From: a virus
Lineage: Duplodnaviria; Caudoviricetes
Direction: 5' to 3' (one strand)
DNA: 64,000 nucleotides
Virus record (IMG/VR): IMGVR_UViG_3300029288_000075
Location: 123,858 to 187,857 of that record
In this document: in pieces, positions 1-9,335 of the stretch
Layout: each line of letters begins with the position of its first letter
Position numbering within the stretch: position 1 is the stretch's first letter
Program-made: the position numbers and the translations under genes
Notes under the pieces: model-generated
Database searches by the model: none
Seen by the model: the letters and a program-made list of their open reading frames with translations, nothing else
Told to the model about the DNA's origin: nothing

Positions 1-1
1 G

Positions 2-259
2 TTGCAGCAGGCAACTGAGACGGCGTGGGACTCAAGGGTTACCGCGCCCCTGATGCGGGCTGCTGATCGAGGGCTACGGCATCTTCCTGAAGGCAAGGCT
101 CGCAACTTGGCCACCTCCGGTGCGCGGTTGTTGGCCGAAGATCCTGTTGGATTTACGGTCACGAATGCCATACCAATACCGGGAGCTTCTCCTGCTTGGA
201 TCGCGGCCAAAAGGGGACTTGAACGCGTGATTGACAAGACTGCGCCTCTGCAAGTCTGA
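2..259 (+). CDS. Partial (5'-truncated) hypothetical protein, possible virion/head protein
   Basis: Open frame from the window edge to TGA at 259; ends in a K-T-A motif like other candidate virion proteins here. Confidence 0.5.
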   Translation: MQQATETAWDSRVTAPLMRAADRGLRHLPEGKARNLATSGARLLAEDPVGFTVTNAIPIPGASPAWIAAKRGLERVIDKTAPLQV

Positions 260-276
260 CATGTAGCAGGCATAAG
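251..276 (+). promoter_or_regulatory. Phage bipartite promoter CAA-N15-GGCATAAG
   Basis: Motif shared by 12 operon starts; leader has hairpin CTCTG-TAT-CAGAG, then GGAGG and ATG 312. Confidence 0.7.
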
Positions 277-311
277 GACTCTGTATCAGAGATCCTACCT
301 GTTGGAGGAAC

Positions 312-899
312 ATGCGCGTATGCCCTGTTTTACTAGGCTATTTGAGTGGCCTGAGAAAGCACATTGACTTTGATTCTCCTCTGAACGAATTCGGTTTGCC
401 CACCCAGGAGGAACTGGAAGAACGGTGCAAAGCCCAACTGGTGTCAGAGGCTACTTCACACTTGCGCGGATTCTACTGCGTACAGGAGACGCTTGCTAGG
501 CTGGCACTGCGCTGGCCAGCTGCGGTTCTCATGCCAGAGATGCCCAAGGCGAGCATGTCGGCGTACTACTTGATGCAGGTCGTATCTTGGGTACGAGAGG
601 TAGAGGATCTTCTTGCCGGCAATGCGTTGGAGACTGCGGTCATGCAACGTACGCTACCTCTGCAGGAGACCGGAGGAGGGCAAGTACATCAGCAAGATGC
701 TGAGAGGGCGTCTAGGCTTTGTTCGTACCTTGTGTTGGAGGCCATGCCCCTACGCAGGTCCCTCAAGGACAGACGCACAAGTTTGCGGCGGGTTGGTCAC
801 TACTATGCCCGCGTGCTATTGGATGTTGGGACTAGCGTTGCCGCTGCTCATAGAGAGGCGTTGGCATTGAGCCAGAACGTGGAGGAGAAGTATGCCTGA
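312..899 (+). CDS. Hypothetical protein
   Basis: GGAGG SD, 195 aa, overlaps next gene. Confidence 0.7.
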   Translation: MRVCPVLLGYLSGLRKHIDFDSPLNEFGLPTQEELEERCKAQLVSEATSHLRGFYCVQETLARLALRWPAAVLMPEMPKASMSAYYLMQVVSWVREVEDLLAGNALETAVMQRTLPLQETGGGQVHQQDAERASRLCSYLVLEAMPLRRSLKDRRTSLRRVGHYYARVLLDVGTSVAAAHREALALSQNVEEKYA

Positions 900-1251
900 A
901 GCTAGCGCGGAAGAGCTTCCCAGCTTGTTGCTTGAGGTGCGTGAGTCGAGCACAGCCAAGAACAAGCAAGGTATGTTCGTAGGGGCTATTCAGCTGGTCT
1001 GCGTCACCCGTGACGAAGGGATCTTTGATGCCGCGGTGCAGTACTTGGACGGCTACAAGATGTATGGCTCTACATCGGAGGAGGTGATACAGGCGTTGAC
1101 GGCCGAGTTGCATGACGTGGAGGAGACTCAGGCTTCTCTGCTAGTTCGTAATGGCCTGCTCGAGCGCCGTATACGGGAAAAAGACGCCAGAATAGCTCAG
1201 CTCGAGCGTCTTCTGGGCGCCTTGGGCACGGACCTGGGCTTTGACGACTGA
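892..1251 (+). CDS. Hypothetical coiled-coil protein
   Basis: GGAGGAG SD, heptad-like C-terminus. Confidence 0.7.
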   Translation: MPEASAEELPSLLLEVRESSTAKNKQGMFVGAIQLVCVTRDEGIFDAAVQYLDGYKMYGSTSEEVIQALTAELHDVEETQASLLVRNGLLERRIREKDARIAQLERLLGALGTDLGFDD

Positions 1252-1275
1252 GCGTTGTACACTTGTCGGAGGCAA

Positions 1276-1731
1276 ATGGCACATTCAAGTACAGACGATT
1301 ACCCCGTTCGCATCACTTCTCCCGACTACAAGACGGCTGACCGCAGTGAGTTGGAGGCGTGGCTTAGAAAGGAAGCTGCAGCTGTAGCTGGAGGGGTCAA
1401 GCCTGAGGACAACGAGGATTCTACAACCGCTCAATACAGCGAGTTGTACGAGCCTCCAGCTGGCGCAAAGAAGCTCGTAGAGACTGCCCTCCATACGACG
1501 TACCCTAATGGGGCAGCCTCGCAGGCCACGCAGCGTGAGGTACTGGACGGCGCATTTGCCAGTACACCAGCTACAGCCAAGGCAGAGCAAGCGCTACTTA
1601 GCGCAAATTTCGAACATGCGCGCACTGGAGACTTCGAAACGCAAGCGCCATTGCTACGTGGCGAGCGCGCGAAGGGTAAGGTAGCGCACTTTCTGTCAGA
1701 CCGTACGCACTTGCTGGGGCTTGGGAAGTGA
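1276..1731 (+). CDS. Hypothetical protein with K-x-A motifs (possible head protein)
   Basis: GGAGG SD before ATG 1276; TACACT -10-like box at 1258-1263; stop overlaps the sigma start. Confidence 0.65.
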   Translation: MAHSSTDDYPVRITSPDYKTADRSELEAWLRKEAAAVAGGVKPEDNEDSTTAQYSELYEPPAGAKKLVETALHTTYPNGAASQATQREVLDGAFASTPATAKAEQALLSANFEHARTGDFETQAPLLRGERAKGKVAHFLSDRTHLLGLGK

Positions 1732-2483
1732 ATGCAGCTGACGAATTCCTAGAGACCAAGCAGAAGACCGCCGCGGCTCGAGCCGCGCAGGATCTTCATC
1801 TTTGGCATGCGTGGGATCAAGGAGGAAGGACACCTCAGCTGCTGGAGCCACTGCTGTCCAGGTACGACTCGCTCATGAACCGTAGGGCGAATGACTGGCG
1901 TGCCCCTACGGTGGCCCCGGCGGCATTCAAAGCTGAGCTGCATAAGCAGTTCATTCAAGCAGCACACTCGTACGATCCTGAGCGTGGTGTGGCCTTCAAC
2001 ACACACGTGCAGTCTCGTTTGAAGAAAGCTCAGCGGTTCAACGCCAAGCACCAAAACGTGGGGTACATACCTGAGGACTTGTCCAGACACGTAGGTCCCA
2101 TGGAGCGTGCCAAGAACGAGCTTACGGACCAGTTCGGACGTCCCCCCACTACGGTGGAACTTGCGAATCACATGGGCTTGCCGCAGCGTAAGCTCACTGC
2201 GCTAATTACTCAGCTACGAAGGGATGTGCCATCGTCGCATTTCGAGTCAGATCCCACGACGCTATCCACGGGTAGGGAAGCAGACGTGGTTCGTTTGATG
2301 AAGCGCAGACCGGAGGAGTACCTGACACCCGAGGAAGTACGGGTATTTTCTCACATCTACGGCATCAACGGTGCTCGGAAGATTACGGATACGACGTCGT
2401 TGGCCACCCAACTTGGGTTGAGTCAACCAAAGGTCTCACGCTTGAAGACCTCAATCGCGAAGAAGGTTCAGCAGTACCTCTGA
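1728..2483 (+). CDS. RNA polymerase sigma factor, group 3 (FliA/WhiG/SigB/SigF-like)
   Basis: Region 2 AAHSYDPERGVAFNTHV, region 3 ELTDQFGRPPTTVELANHMGL, region 4 HTH LATQLGLSQPKVSRL; no region 1.1. Confidence 0.88.
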   Translation: MNAADEFLETKQKTAAARAAQDLHLWHAWDQGGRTPQLLEPLLSRYDSLMNRRANDWRAPTVAPAAFKAELHKQFIQAAHSYDPERGVAFNTHVQSRLKKAQRFNAKHQNVGYIPEDLSRHVGPMERAKNELTDQFGRPPTTVELANHMGLPQRKLTALITQLRRDVPSSHFESDPTTLSTGREADVVRLMKRRPEEYLTPEEVRVFSHIYGINGARKITDTTSLATQLGLSQPKVSRLKTSIAKKVQQYL

Positions 2484-2511
2484 CGTAGAACCCACTGGGC
2501 TACGTATTGAT

Positions 2512-2540
2512 AGGCGACGTGCGTCAGCACGCCGCCTTTT
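2512..2540 (+). terminator. Intrinsic terminator-like hairpin after the sigma gene
   Basis: AGGCG-a-CGTGC-gtca-GCACG-c-CGCCT followed by TTT. Confidence 0.55.
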
Positions 2541-2549
2541 GGAGTTTTC

Positions 2550-3752
2550 ATGTACACACAAAGCGACTACAACGTTGGAAATGATTCAGCCACAACGGCA
2601 GCCATAGCTCGAGTGCTTGCCTACTTGCGCATCGGAGAGGCGGAACAACAGCGCCTGGTAGACCACTGCGCTCGAAACATCCCCCGGGATCGCTACGTGC
2701 ATCCCAAGCTCATGAGCTTCTCCACGGAGTACAAGGACGAGCGAGACGAGCAGTTCAGCAAAGGCGCCAAGGAACGGGCAAGGTTGTGCGTCATCTACGA
2801 CCGTAAGGGGCAAAAGGAGGCCATGCTGATTCATCGGCATGCATTGAGCCACCTTTGCGAAATTGCCGGATTGGACGGCAGGTACAGGGCCAAGTTGGAC
2901 GTAGACAGCGCGGATGCGTGGCGGCGCGACTTGCTGGCTACCAACTTGAAAGAGCTGTTTGCCAAGCAGCGCTTCCTGAACAAGCTGAAGAGGGAGGCAG
3001 AGTTCTTGCACCGCATTGTGGGCAACGAGTTGCGAGCGGTCCTGACGCAGAGCTACAACAGGCACTTGGTAAGTACTGCGGTGCTGCAGCCCTTCTTGGC
3101 AGCCTGTCAGGAGGTAGGGTTGCAGCCAGCCAAGGCCACAGTGTCTGACATGAAGGTGCACTTGCAGACGTACCTGCCTTTTGCCTTTCAGCCGGTGCCT
3201 GGTGAGTTCGTAGCCATCGGCACCTGCTGGACAAACAGCGACTTCGGTGAGGGCAAGTTGCGTATCAGCCATAGCGTGCTTCGGCTGAATGGTGGCGGCA
3301 ACCTCGTTACTGAGGATGCCTTCAGTCGCATGCACATTGGTTCGGTAGTTCAGGATACGGACATGAAGCTCAGCGACGAGGTCGCCATAAAGGAGCTCGA
3401 GGCCGTGGCTGCAGCTACTCGTTCGGCTGTGCTCGAGGCCATGACACCAGACCGCGTGAACCTTCTGCTGCGTGCAATTCAGAAGGCGGCGGAAGAGAAA
3501 GTGCCGTGGTACCAGATGAAGGACCAGCTTGCCAAGATCTTGAGCAAGGGTGACCTGGACACCATTGAAGGGCTTTTGGAGGCTGAGATAGAAGACCTAC
3601 CACCCCCAGGGGTAGGAAGCGATGGACAGCCTTTGCCCTCGAGGTGGTGGGCTGCGGCTGCCTTGTCCCACCTGGCGGAGAAGACGGCGGACCCAACTAA
3701 AGCTATGGAGATCAAGGCGGCGGCTGGTTCATTCTTGAACTCCGCCAAGTAG
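2550..3752 (+). CDS. DUF932/DUF945-like phage protein
   Basis: NSDFGEGKLRI..VLRL..GG..V and SRMHIG resemble the NSxxGxG..RLxCxNG..RxHxG signature. Confidence 0.6.
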   Translation: MYTQSDYNVGNDSATTAAIARVLAYLRIGEAEQQRLVDHCARNIPRDRYVHPKLMSFSTEYKDERDEQFSKGAKERARLCVIYDRKGQKEAMLIHRHALSHLCEIAGLDGRYRAKLDVDSADAWRRDLLATNLKELFAKQRFLNKLKREAEFLHRIVGNELRAVLTQSYNRHLVSTAVLQPFLAACQEVGLQPAKATVSDMKVHLQTYLPFAFQPVPGEFVAIGTCWTNSDFGEGKLRISHSVLRLNGGGNLVTEDAFSRMHIGSVVQDTDMKLSDEVAIKELEAVAAATRSAVLEAMTPDRVNLLLRAIQKAAEEKVPWYQMKDQLAKILSKGDLDTIEGLLEAEIEDLPPPGVGSDGQPLPSRWWAAAALSHLAEKTADPTKAMEIKAAAGSFLNSAK

Positions 3753-3770
3753 TAGGCTAGGAGGAAATAC

Positions 3771-4247
3771 ATGGCATACCTATCAGCTGACGAGCAAGAA
3801 GTTCTGCGTCTTGCTCGTACAGTCATTCGGGACATGGAGTACGACTACCCAAACAAGGATCTGGTGTGCTCACCACAGGAAGTTTGTACCAAGCTGTCGG
3901 TTCTTCTTGGCGAGGAGTACGACTACCAGTCGAATGAGGTGACGGCGGCTGCCGAGGAAGTGAAGAAGGGACTTGTGCTGGAGGTCTTCGAGGACATAGG
4001 GAAACTGCGCAGCCGTGCCGAGTCTTTGTCGGAAGACGGCTACCACATCTATCCAGTGCAGTACCTGGGGCATGCTGGATTCATGTTTTTGTTGCAAGCA
4101 GTGAACCCAGTATTGATGCAGAGCAAGCAAGCAGCAGCCCTGCAAGGCTTGATGCGAAGCATACAGAGCATGCCCAGCCCCTTCGGAGATCCTACGTACG
4201 GACCAGGGCATGGCCCGGGTCAAGGGTATCGGAGGCCAGGTGGCTGA
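3771..4247 (+). CDS. Hypothetical protein
   Basis: AGGAGG SD, 158 aa. Confidence 0.75.
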   Translation: MAYLSADEQEVLRLARTVIRDMEYDYPNKDLVCSPQEVCTKLSVLLGEEYDYQSNEVTAAAEEVKKGLVLEVFEDIGKLRSRAESLSEDGYHIYPVQYLGHAGFMFLLQAVNPVLMQSKQAAALQGLMRSIQSMPSPFGDPTYGPGHGPGQGYRRPGG

Positions 4248-4494
4248 TCATCCTTCTACAACTTTGGTGGTGCAGAAGGCGCAGCTAGCGATGTGCGAAG
4301 CTGAGCTGGAGGTGCACGAAGAGGCGTTGTACAACGGCACTGACGCAACGGTGAAGCAAAGCAGGTACACCAGGCTGCGAGCCAAGTATCTTCAAGAGCA
4401 TATACTTCCAAAACTACGGGAAGAGATCAGGTCTGCAGAGCAGTACCTCGAGTGGGAAGCAAGAACGAACAACCCAGCACCACGGAGTACATGA
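4240..4494 (+). CDS. Hypothetical protein
   Basis: GGAGG then GTG 4240; coupled to neighbours. Confidence 0.55.
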   Translation: MADHPSTTLVVQKAQLAMCEAELEVHEEALYNGTDATVKQSRYTRLRAKYLQEHILPKLREEIRSAEQYLEWEARTNNPAPRST

Positions 4495-4796
4495 GCCGCT
4501 GGATAGAGCTCTACACCACAACGCCCAGCGGTAAGACGCAGTTCGTATGCCAGTTTTGCGGGCGCATCTCCCCGCTGCCGGACAAGAAGTGTCCGCAGCC
4601 ACCGGAGGTGGGCCCGCACAAAATGGCACTCTCTTGCGAGTTGCTGGAGGAGGTGGCCATGGCACTAGAGAAGAAGCCACTGAAACTTTCAACCCTATAC
4701 GTTAGCTACAACGAGACCACGGGGGAAGGCTCAGTGAGTTGGGACATCGGGACCCAGCAAGTACAAACGGCAACAATGCGGCTGACTAAAGTGTAG
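4491..4796 (+). CDS. Small CxxC-containing hypothetical protein
   Basis: ATGA overlap; FVCQFCGR motif. Confidence 0.55.
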   Translation: MSRWIELYTTTPSGKTQFVCQFCGRISPLPDKKCPQPPEVGPHKMALSCELLEEVAMALEKKPLKLSTLYVSYNETTGEGSVSWDIGTQQVQTATMRLTKV

Positions 4797-4809
4797 AAAG
4801 GAAAAGCAG

Positions 4810-5694
4810 ATGCAAGCGTACCTCGACATAGTTAGGAAGATCCTGAGTGACGGAGTTACCAGGTCAAATCGAACCGGCGTTGACGCCATCACCATCCCTG
4901 GTGCCATATTTGAGCACGACATGGCCACGGGCTTTCCTCTGTTGACCACCAAGTCGGTGCCATTTCGCTTGATAGCAACCGAGCTCGAGTTCTTCATCCG
5001 TGGGATCACGGATAAGCAATGGCTTCAGGACAGGAACAACCACATCTGGGACGAGTGGTGCAATCCTTCAATTGTGCCGTACGGGCACGACGAGGACACG
5101 AAGCTACGGATGTTCTTGGAGAGGGACTTGGGGCCTATCTACGGGTGGCAGTGGAGGCACTTTGGGGCAAAGTACGTCGGCTACGACAAGCCCCATGCAG
5201 GTGTTGGCATTGACCAACTAGGCAACCTGGTGCGCAAGTTGGACACTGACCCGAGTGACCGTCGCATGATCGTATCTGCTTGGAATCCTGCAGACTTTCA
5301 CCTGATGGCGTTGCCGCCCTGTCACTACAGCTTTCAAGTCACTGTCATCGGCAACAAGCTGAATCTAGGTTGGAACCAGCGTAGCGTTGACGTAGCGCTG
5401 GGCCTTCCATTCAACATTGCCAGCTACGGCCTACTGCTTCTTTTGCTTGCCCGGCAGTTTGGTCTAGAAGCAGGAAAGCTGTTTGGATTCTTGGCAGACA
5501 CGCACGTCTACGTGAACCATGTCGACGGCTTGCGTACTCAGCTGTCAAGGGACCCACGCCCGCTACCTGAAGTCGATATTGCCTTCGACGCTAGTTGCGA
5601 GCGTTGGCAGAAACTTTTCAAGTGGGAGTGCGGCGACGCGTGTCTGCGTGACTACTACCCTGCCCCAAAGATCAAGTTCGACATAGCCGTGTAG
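4810..5694 (+). CDS. thyA: Thymidylate synthase
   Basis: NRTG, GFPLLTTK, DLGPIYGWQWR, MALPPCH, NQRSVDVALGLPFNIASY, DTHVYVNH. Confidence 0.97.
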   Translation: MQAYLDIVRKILSDGVTRSNRTGVDAITIPGAIFEHDMATGFPLLTTKSVPFRLIATELEFFIRGITDKQWLQDRNNHIWDEWCNPSIVPYGHDEDTKLRMFLERDLGPIYGWQWRHFGAKYVGYDKPHAGVGIDQLGNLVRKLDTDPSDRRMIVSAWNPADFHLMALPPCHYSFQVTVIGNKLNLGWNQRSVDVALGLPFNIASYGLLLLLLARQFGLEAGKLFGFLADTHVYVNHVDGLRTQLSRDPRPLPEVDIAFDASCERWQKLFKWECGDACLRDYYPAPKIKFDIAV

Positions 5695-5705
5695 TTGGGC
5701 CACTT

Positions 5706-6410
5706 ATGCAGCAATGGTCTACAAAGGAGCTGCAGCGTCGTGGCCTGGACAAGCTGCAGCGGCTGGGTCACAAGTACATCATCGGAGTAGATGAGGTAGG
5801 CTATGGCTCTTGGGCAGGCCCTGTTGTGGTGTGCGCGGCTTTGGTACGTGCGGATTGGCGCAATGTGCGCATCAAGGACTCCAAGAAATATGGCAGCGGT
5901 ATGGAAGGCAGGGCACGCAGGGAATCAGCGGCAAGGCTCTTGACTCCTGACGTAGTACTGGTGCCTAGGTTGTTGCAGTACGACCGCGATGTGATTGACA
6001 AGTACGGCGTGAACAAGGCCCGAGACATGCTGGTGGTACAGGCAGTTACGTACTGCTTGGAGAAAAAACCTGGTACTCCCGTCGTTATGGACGGAAACCA
6101 GTTACCCAACGAACTACTTGGGAAGGCGATATGCTTTCCCAAGGCAGACTCTTTGGTGCCCGCCGTGAGTGCCGCCAGCGTCATGGCCAAGGTCTATCGG
6201 GATCGCCTGATGGAGCAGATGCACGAGCTGTACCCTTGGTACGACTTCGCCTCCAACGCCGGATACGGGAGTCAGACACATGAGGAGGGCATCTTGGAGC
6301 ACGGCCTATGCCCAATTCACCGCAGGAGCTACCGCAATATCAAGCAGTTTGCTGCACGGGAGTCGCAAGGAAGGCTTGCAGTTGCTAGGCTCAGAGCATG
6401 GCATCGGTAG
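5706..6410 (+). CDS. rnhB: Ribonuclease HII
   Basis: IIGVDEVGYGSWAGPVVV, DSKK, DGN, KAD..VPAVSAASVMAKVYRD, NAGYG, PIHRRSY. Confidence 0.95.
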   Translation: MQQWSTKELQRRGLDKLQRLGHKYIIGVDEVGYGSWAGPVVVCAALVRADWRNVRIKDSKKYGSGMEGRARRESAARLLTPDVVLVPRLLQYDRDVIDKYGVNKARDMLVVQAVTYCLEKKPGTPVVMDGNQLPNELLGKAICFPKADSLVPAVSAASVMAKVYRDRLMEQMHELYPWYDFASNAGYGSQTHEEGILEHGLCPIHRRSYRNIKQFAARESQGRLAVARLRAWHR

Positions 6411-6613
6411 TACAACGTAACGCCAGGCTAGACGCGCTTCAGCAAGCCACCACGCAGTATGCCGACAAGCAGCGTCGGGAGCTGAATCGGCGAGTTGATG
6501 TCTGCAAGAAGATTCTGAAGGGAAGGACTGGTTCTGAAAGGCTGGCTCAAGCAGCGGTAGACCAGTCCTCCTCTTTGGTCGTTACAACCATCAATGACTT
6601 TCTGACGGGATAG
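6398..6613 (+). CDS. Hypothetical protein
   Basis: 71 aa, fills operon. Confidence 0.55.
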   Translation: MASVVQRNARLDALQQATTQYADKQRRELNRRVDVCKKILKGRTGSERLAQAAVDQSSSLVVTTINDFLTG

Positions 6614-6616
6614 AAC

Positions 6617-6982
6617 ATGGACAACGAAGAAACCACGACGAGTGTTGTAAAGGCAGATCCTGAGCAAGACAAGGAAAGCAGCGGTCCGGTGGCGCCAGTG
6701 CTGAACTCCACCACGCCAATTCAGCTGTCCGAAGTGGACTTCCTGAAGTACCTGCTATCTCGAGAGAAGTTCCAGAAAGCGCAACTTACGCATGACGTTT
6801 GCGTGCGAGAAGTGCAGCGCGCCGAAGGTGACTTGTCGCATGTGGGGCATCTTCTGGGACAGCTCACTCGCGAACTCGGACAGAAATACGGTGTGGACCT
6901 GGATGCGATGATGGTGTCAGACGACGGGTACTTCATGCCGCGCCCAACGCGTATGCAGATGCCCCCGCGGAGACAACCATGA
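6617..6982 (+). CDS. Hypothetical protein
   Basis: 121 aa, ATGA-coupled to next gene. Confidence 0.65.
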   Translation: MDNEETTTSVVKADPEQDKESSGPVAPVLNSTTPIQLSEVDFLKYLLSREKFQKAQLTHDVCVREVQRAEGDLSHVGHLLGQLTRELGQKYGVDLDAMMVSDDGYFMPRPTRMQMPPRRQP

Positions 6983-8004
6983 GCCAAATCATCGTAAGCC
7001 CCATCAGTTCAGAAGTAAGGCCCGCCTTCGAAGTGGTGAACCTGGACATCCTCGTGAAGAATGAGGACTGGTACGGATTCTTCGACCTCATTGAGGTTTG
7101 GAGATCTCGAGGTACTGCTGGGGGTCCCTACGAGGAGTTGACGGCCGAAGCTTGGCTGACGGCGCGTATGCCTCGCGCGGGCGGCGAGGTGTCGGCGGTT
7201 ACAGGCCCGGTGGTCGACGTGGACGGGAAGACCATCAGCTTCGTTTTGAAGGAGAAGGACACTGTGCTGGTGGTACTATCGGGAACTCCGACCTTGGCCG
7301 GGGTTGCCACGCAGATTACGGCGCAAGGTATGGGGCGCCTTCGCGCGCACGTCGACAGCGATGGGCAGCTGGTGGTGGAGACTCAGGAACCCGGCACGGG
7401 CGCGACGCTGCGCGTGCTGCCCGGCGATGCGACGTCTATTCTTGGGCTTCCCATGACCGAGCCCGAGAGTCTTGTCTTCGGGCACGACGCGCGCATTCAG
7501 CTCCTGCTTGATGTAGGTACATATCGGTTCACCGATATCTCCGGTTCTACGGCCTACTACTACAAGACGAGATTTCGTAGTCGGTACACCGGCGCCGTGA
7601 GCGAGTTCAGCCTGCCTTTTGGCGTCGCAGAATCGCTGGGGATCAGCCCGACCAACTTGGTCTGCGGCTACCTGAACTTGGCCACATTGGACGGAAAACC
7701 GCTGGTTGGACGGGAAGTGTCGTTGTCCAGTCCGTTCACCGGGGAGTCCGTAGAAGACCGGGTGTTGGCCGGCGGAGCGCTTATGAAACCGACGGACCAC
7801 CAGGGGCATGTTGAGTTCACCCTCGTCCGCGGGCAGAAGTACACCCTTGCCATCGCGGGTACGAATCTGGCAAAGGAGCTTGTAGCTCCAGTGGACCCCA
7901 CCATCTCGTCTTTCCCTCTTGTCGGGCCCGCCGAAGGCAGTCAAGATGATTACTTCCGGGTCCGTGTACCAGTAGTCCCCGTTATGGAGCGCAGAGGTAT
8001 CTAA
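6979..8004 (+). CDS. Putative virion structural (tail/baseplate-type) beta-rich protein
   Basis: Gly/Thr/Val-rich; sheath-like segment (TLAGVATQITAQ..GATLRVLPGDATSILGL); C-terminal Ig-like TDHQGHVEFTL. Confidence 0.55.
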   Translation: MSQIIVSPISSEVRPAFEVVNLDILVKNEDWYGFFDLIEVWRSRGTAGGPYEELTAEAWLTARMPRAGGEVSAVTGPVVDVDGKTISFVLKEKDTVLVVLSGTPTLAGVATQITAQGMGRLRAHVDSDGQLVVETQEPGTGATLRVLPGDATSILGLPMTEPESLVFGHDARIQLLLDVGTYRFTDISGSTAYYYKTRFRSRYTGAVSEFSLPFGVAESLGISPTNLVCGYLNLATLDGKPLVGREVSLSSPFTGESVEDRVLAGGALMKPTDHQGHVEFTLVRGQKYTLAIAGTNLAKELVAPVDPTISSFPLVGPAEGSQDDYFRVRVPVVPVMERRGI

Positions 8005-8008
8005 ATCT

Positions 8009-8446
8009 ATGGGGGATCCTTCGTTGATAGCAGGTGTGTCGATGCCAGGTCAGGCAACTGCCGAAGACCTATTGGCACTGGACTTCGGTCCTGGCGCAGG
8101 GGCCCCAACTTCCCAGGCATGGGAGGTAGCGTTCGACCCTTCATACGGCTCTTCAACTCTGGTGGGCAATTCAGAGGCTGAATCCGTAACTGACTGCGGG
8201 GGATCCCCCACCCAACTCGAGATTCGGTACATCGGACACGGTGGGCAGTTGACCACGAAGCAGACTCCCTTCGTACCCGGTGCGACGGTGCATCAGTACC
8301 TGAAGAGGGTGCATCTGGTAGCTGCCCGCTTGTCTCGAGTGCTGGTGGTGGGAGGAAAACGGGTGCGGATGAGTCACGTACCTCTGCGCGGAGAGGCGAT
8401 TGTTTTAGCCCCCAGAAACGCGCCGAGCATAACCCTTGGAGGATGA
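8009..8446 (+). CDS. Hypothetical protein, C-terminus possibly ubiquitin/beta-grasp-like
   Basis: 145 aa ORF; fold guess weak. Confidence 0.45.
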   Translation: MGDPSLIAGVSMPGQATAEDLLALDFGPGAGAPTSQAWEVAFDPSYGSSTLVGNSEAESVTDCGGSPTQLEIRYIGHGGQLTTKQTPFVPGATVHQYLKRVHLVAARLSRVLVVGGKRVRMSHVPLRGEAIVLAPRNAPSITLGG

Positions 8447-8447
8447 A

Positions 8448-9335
8448 GTGGCGCTAGCAACGGTACGTATCCGTGTTCTGAATGACATAGACGACCAGCC
8501 CATCGCGGGCGTGGTCGTTCGTGTTTTTGATAACGCCGGAGCTTTTCTAGTTACGTCTGCAGTGACAGATGCGAGTGGCATTGCTGACGTCACGCTAGTG
8601 ACCGGGATCATCTACAAGACGCGGTTTTTCAAAGAGAAGGTGAGTTTCCAGCAGCCGCAAGCCATGGAAGTTCTCGACGCGCCAGCGGTGAACGACTTTG
8701 CGGTTCTGGGACACGTATACGTCCCGCCAGAGGCTGTTCATCCTCGCATGTGTTGTTGCTCCGGGTACTTCAAGGGGCCAGACAATGCTCCTATGCCGCA
8801 CGCCGCCGTGCACTTCATTCCTAAGTTCGACCCCCTTCTGTTCGAGGGGGATGCGATGCTGAAGGAGCGCGTGGTGCGTTACACCGACGATGAGGGCTTC
8901 GCCCGCGTAGATCTTGTGCGCTTTGGTCAGTACGAGGTAACCATCGAAGGGTTGGAGGACCAGCAGCGCGTCATCACTATTCCCAACGCATCGAGGGTCA
9001 ATCTGCCTGACCTGCTATTCGCAGTAGTGGAACGCATAGAGTTCGATCCCCCGGGACCTTGGAATCTCGGGGTTGGGGTGTTGAACGAGATCACGGTCAC
9101 CCCTACGGTGTACACGTCGGATGGGCGTGTTCTGCCGGGATCAGCCGTAACCGATGTGCAGTGGCGGGCTGCAGACGAGACCATACTTTGCGTACAGCCT
9201 ACGCCAACTACCGTAGTTCTTCGAGGACTTGCCCCGGGGGTCACTCAACTGACGCCATTGAGGCAGGACCAATCCATCGTGCGTATTCCTAACCCGCCGA
9301 TACAAGGTACTCCAATCGACGTCACCGTGACCTGA
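8448..9335 (+). CDS. Putative virion protein with carboxypeptidase-regulatory/Ig-like repeats
   Basis: GGAGG then GTG 8448; PIAGVVVRV..TDASGIA and TDDEGFARVDL repeats; Big-2-like tail. Confidence 0.6.
   Translation: MALATVRIRVLNDIDDQPIAGVVVRVFDNAGAFLVTSAVTDASGIADVTLVTGIIYKTRFFKEKVSFQQPQAMEVLDAPAVNDFAVLGHVYVPPEAVHPRMCCCSGYFKGPDNAPMPHAAVHFIPKFDPLLFEGDAMLKERVVRYTDDEGFARVDLVRFGQYEVTIEGLEDQQRVITIPNASRVNLPDLLFAVVERIEFDPPGPWNLGVGVLNEITVTPTVYTSDGRVLPGSAVTDVQWRAADETILCVQPTPTTVVLRGLAPGVTQLTPLRQDQSIVRIPNPPIQGTPIDVTVT

Noticed and set aside
4810-5694. ThyA as a dCMP/dUMP hydroxymethylase for DNA modification
   Set aside because: Canonical thymidylate synthase motifs, including the Asn in GLPFN, argue for ordinary dTMP synthesis
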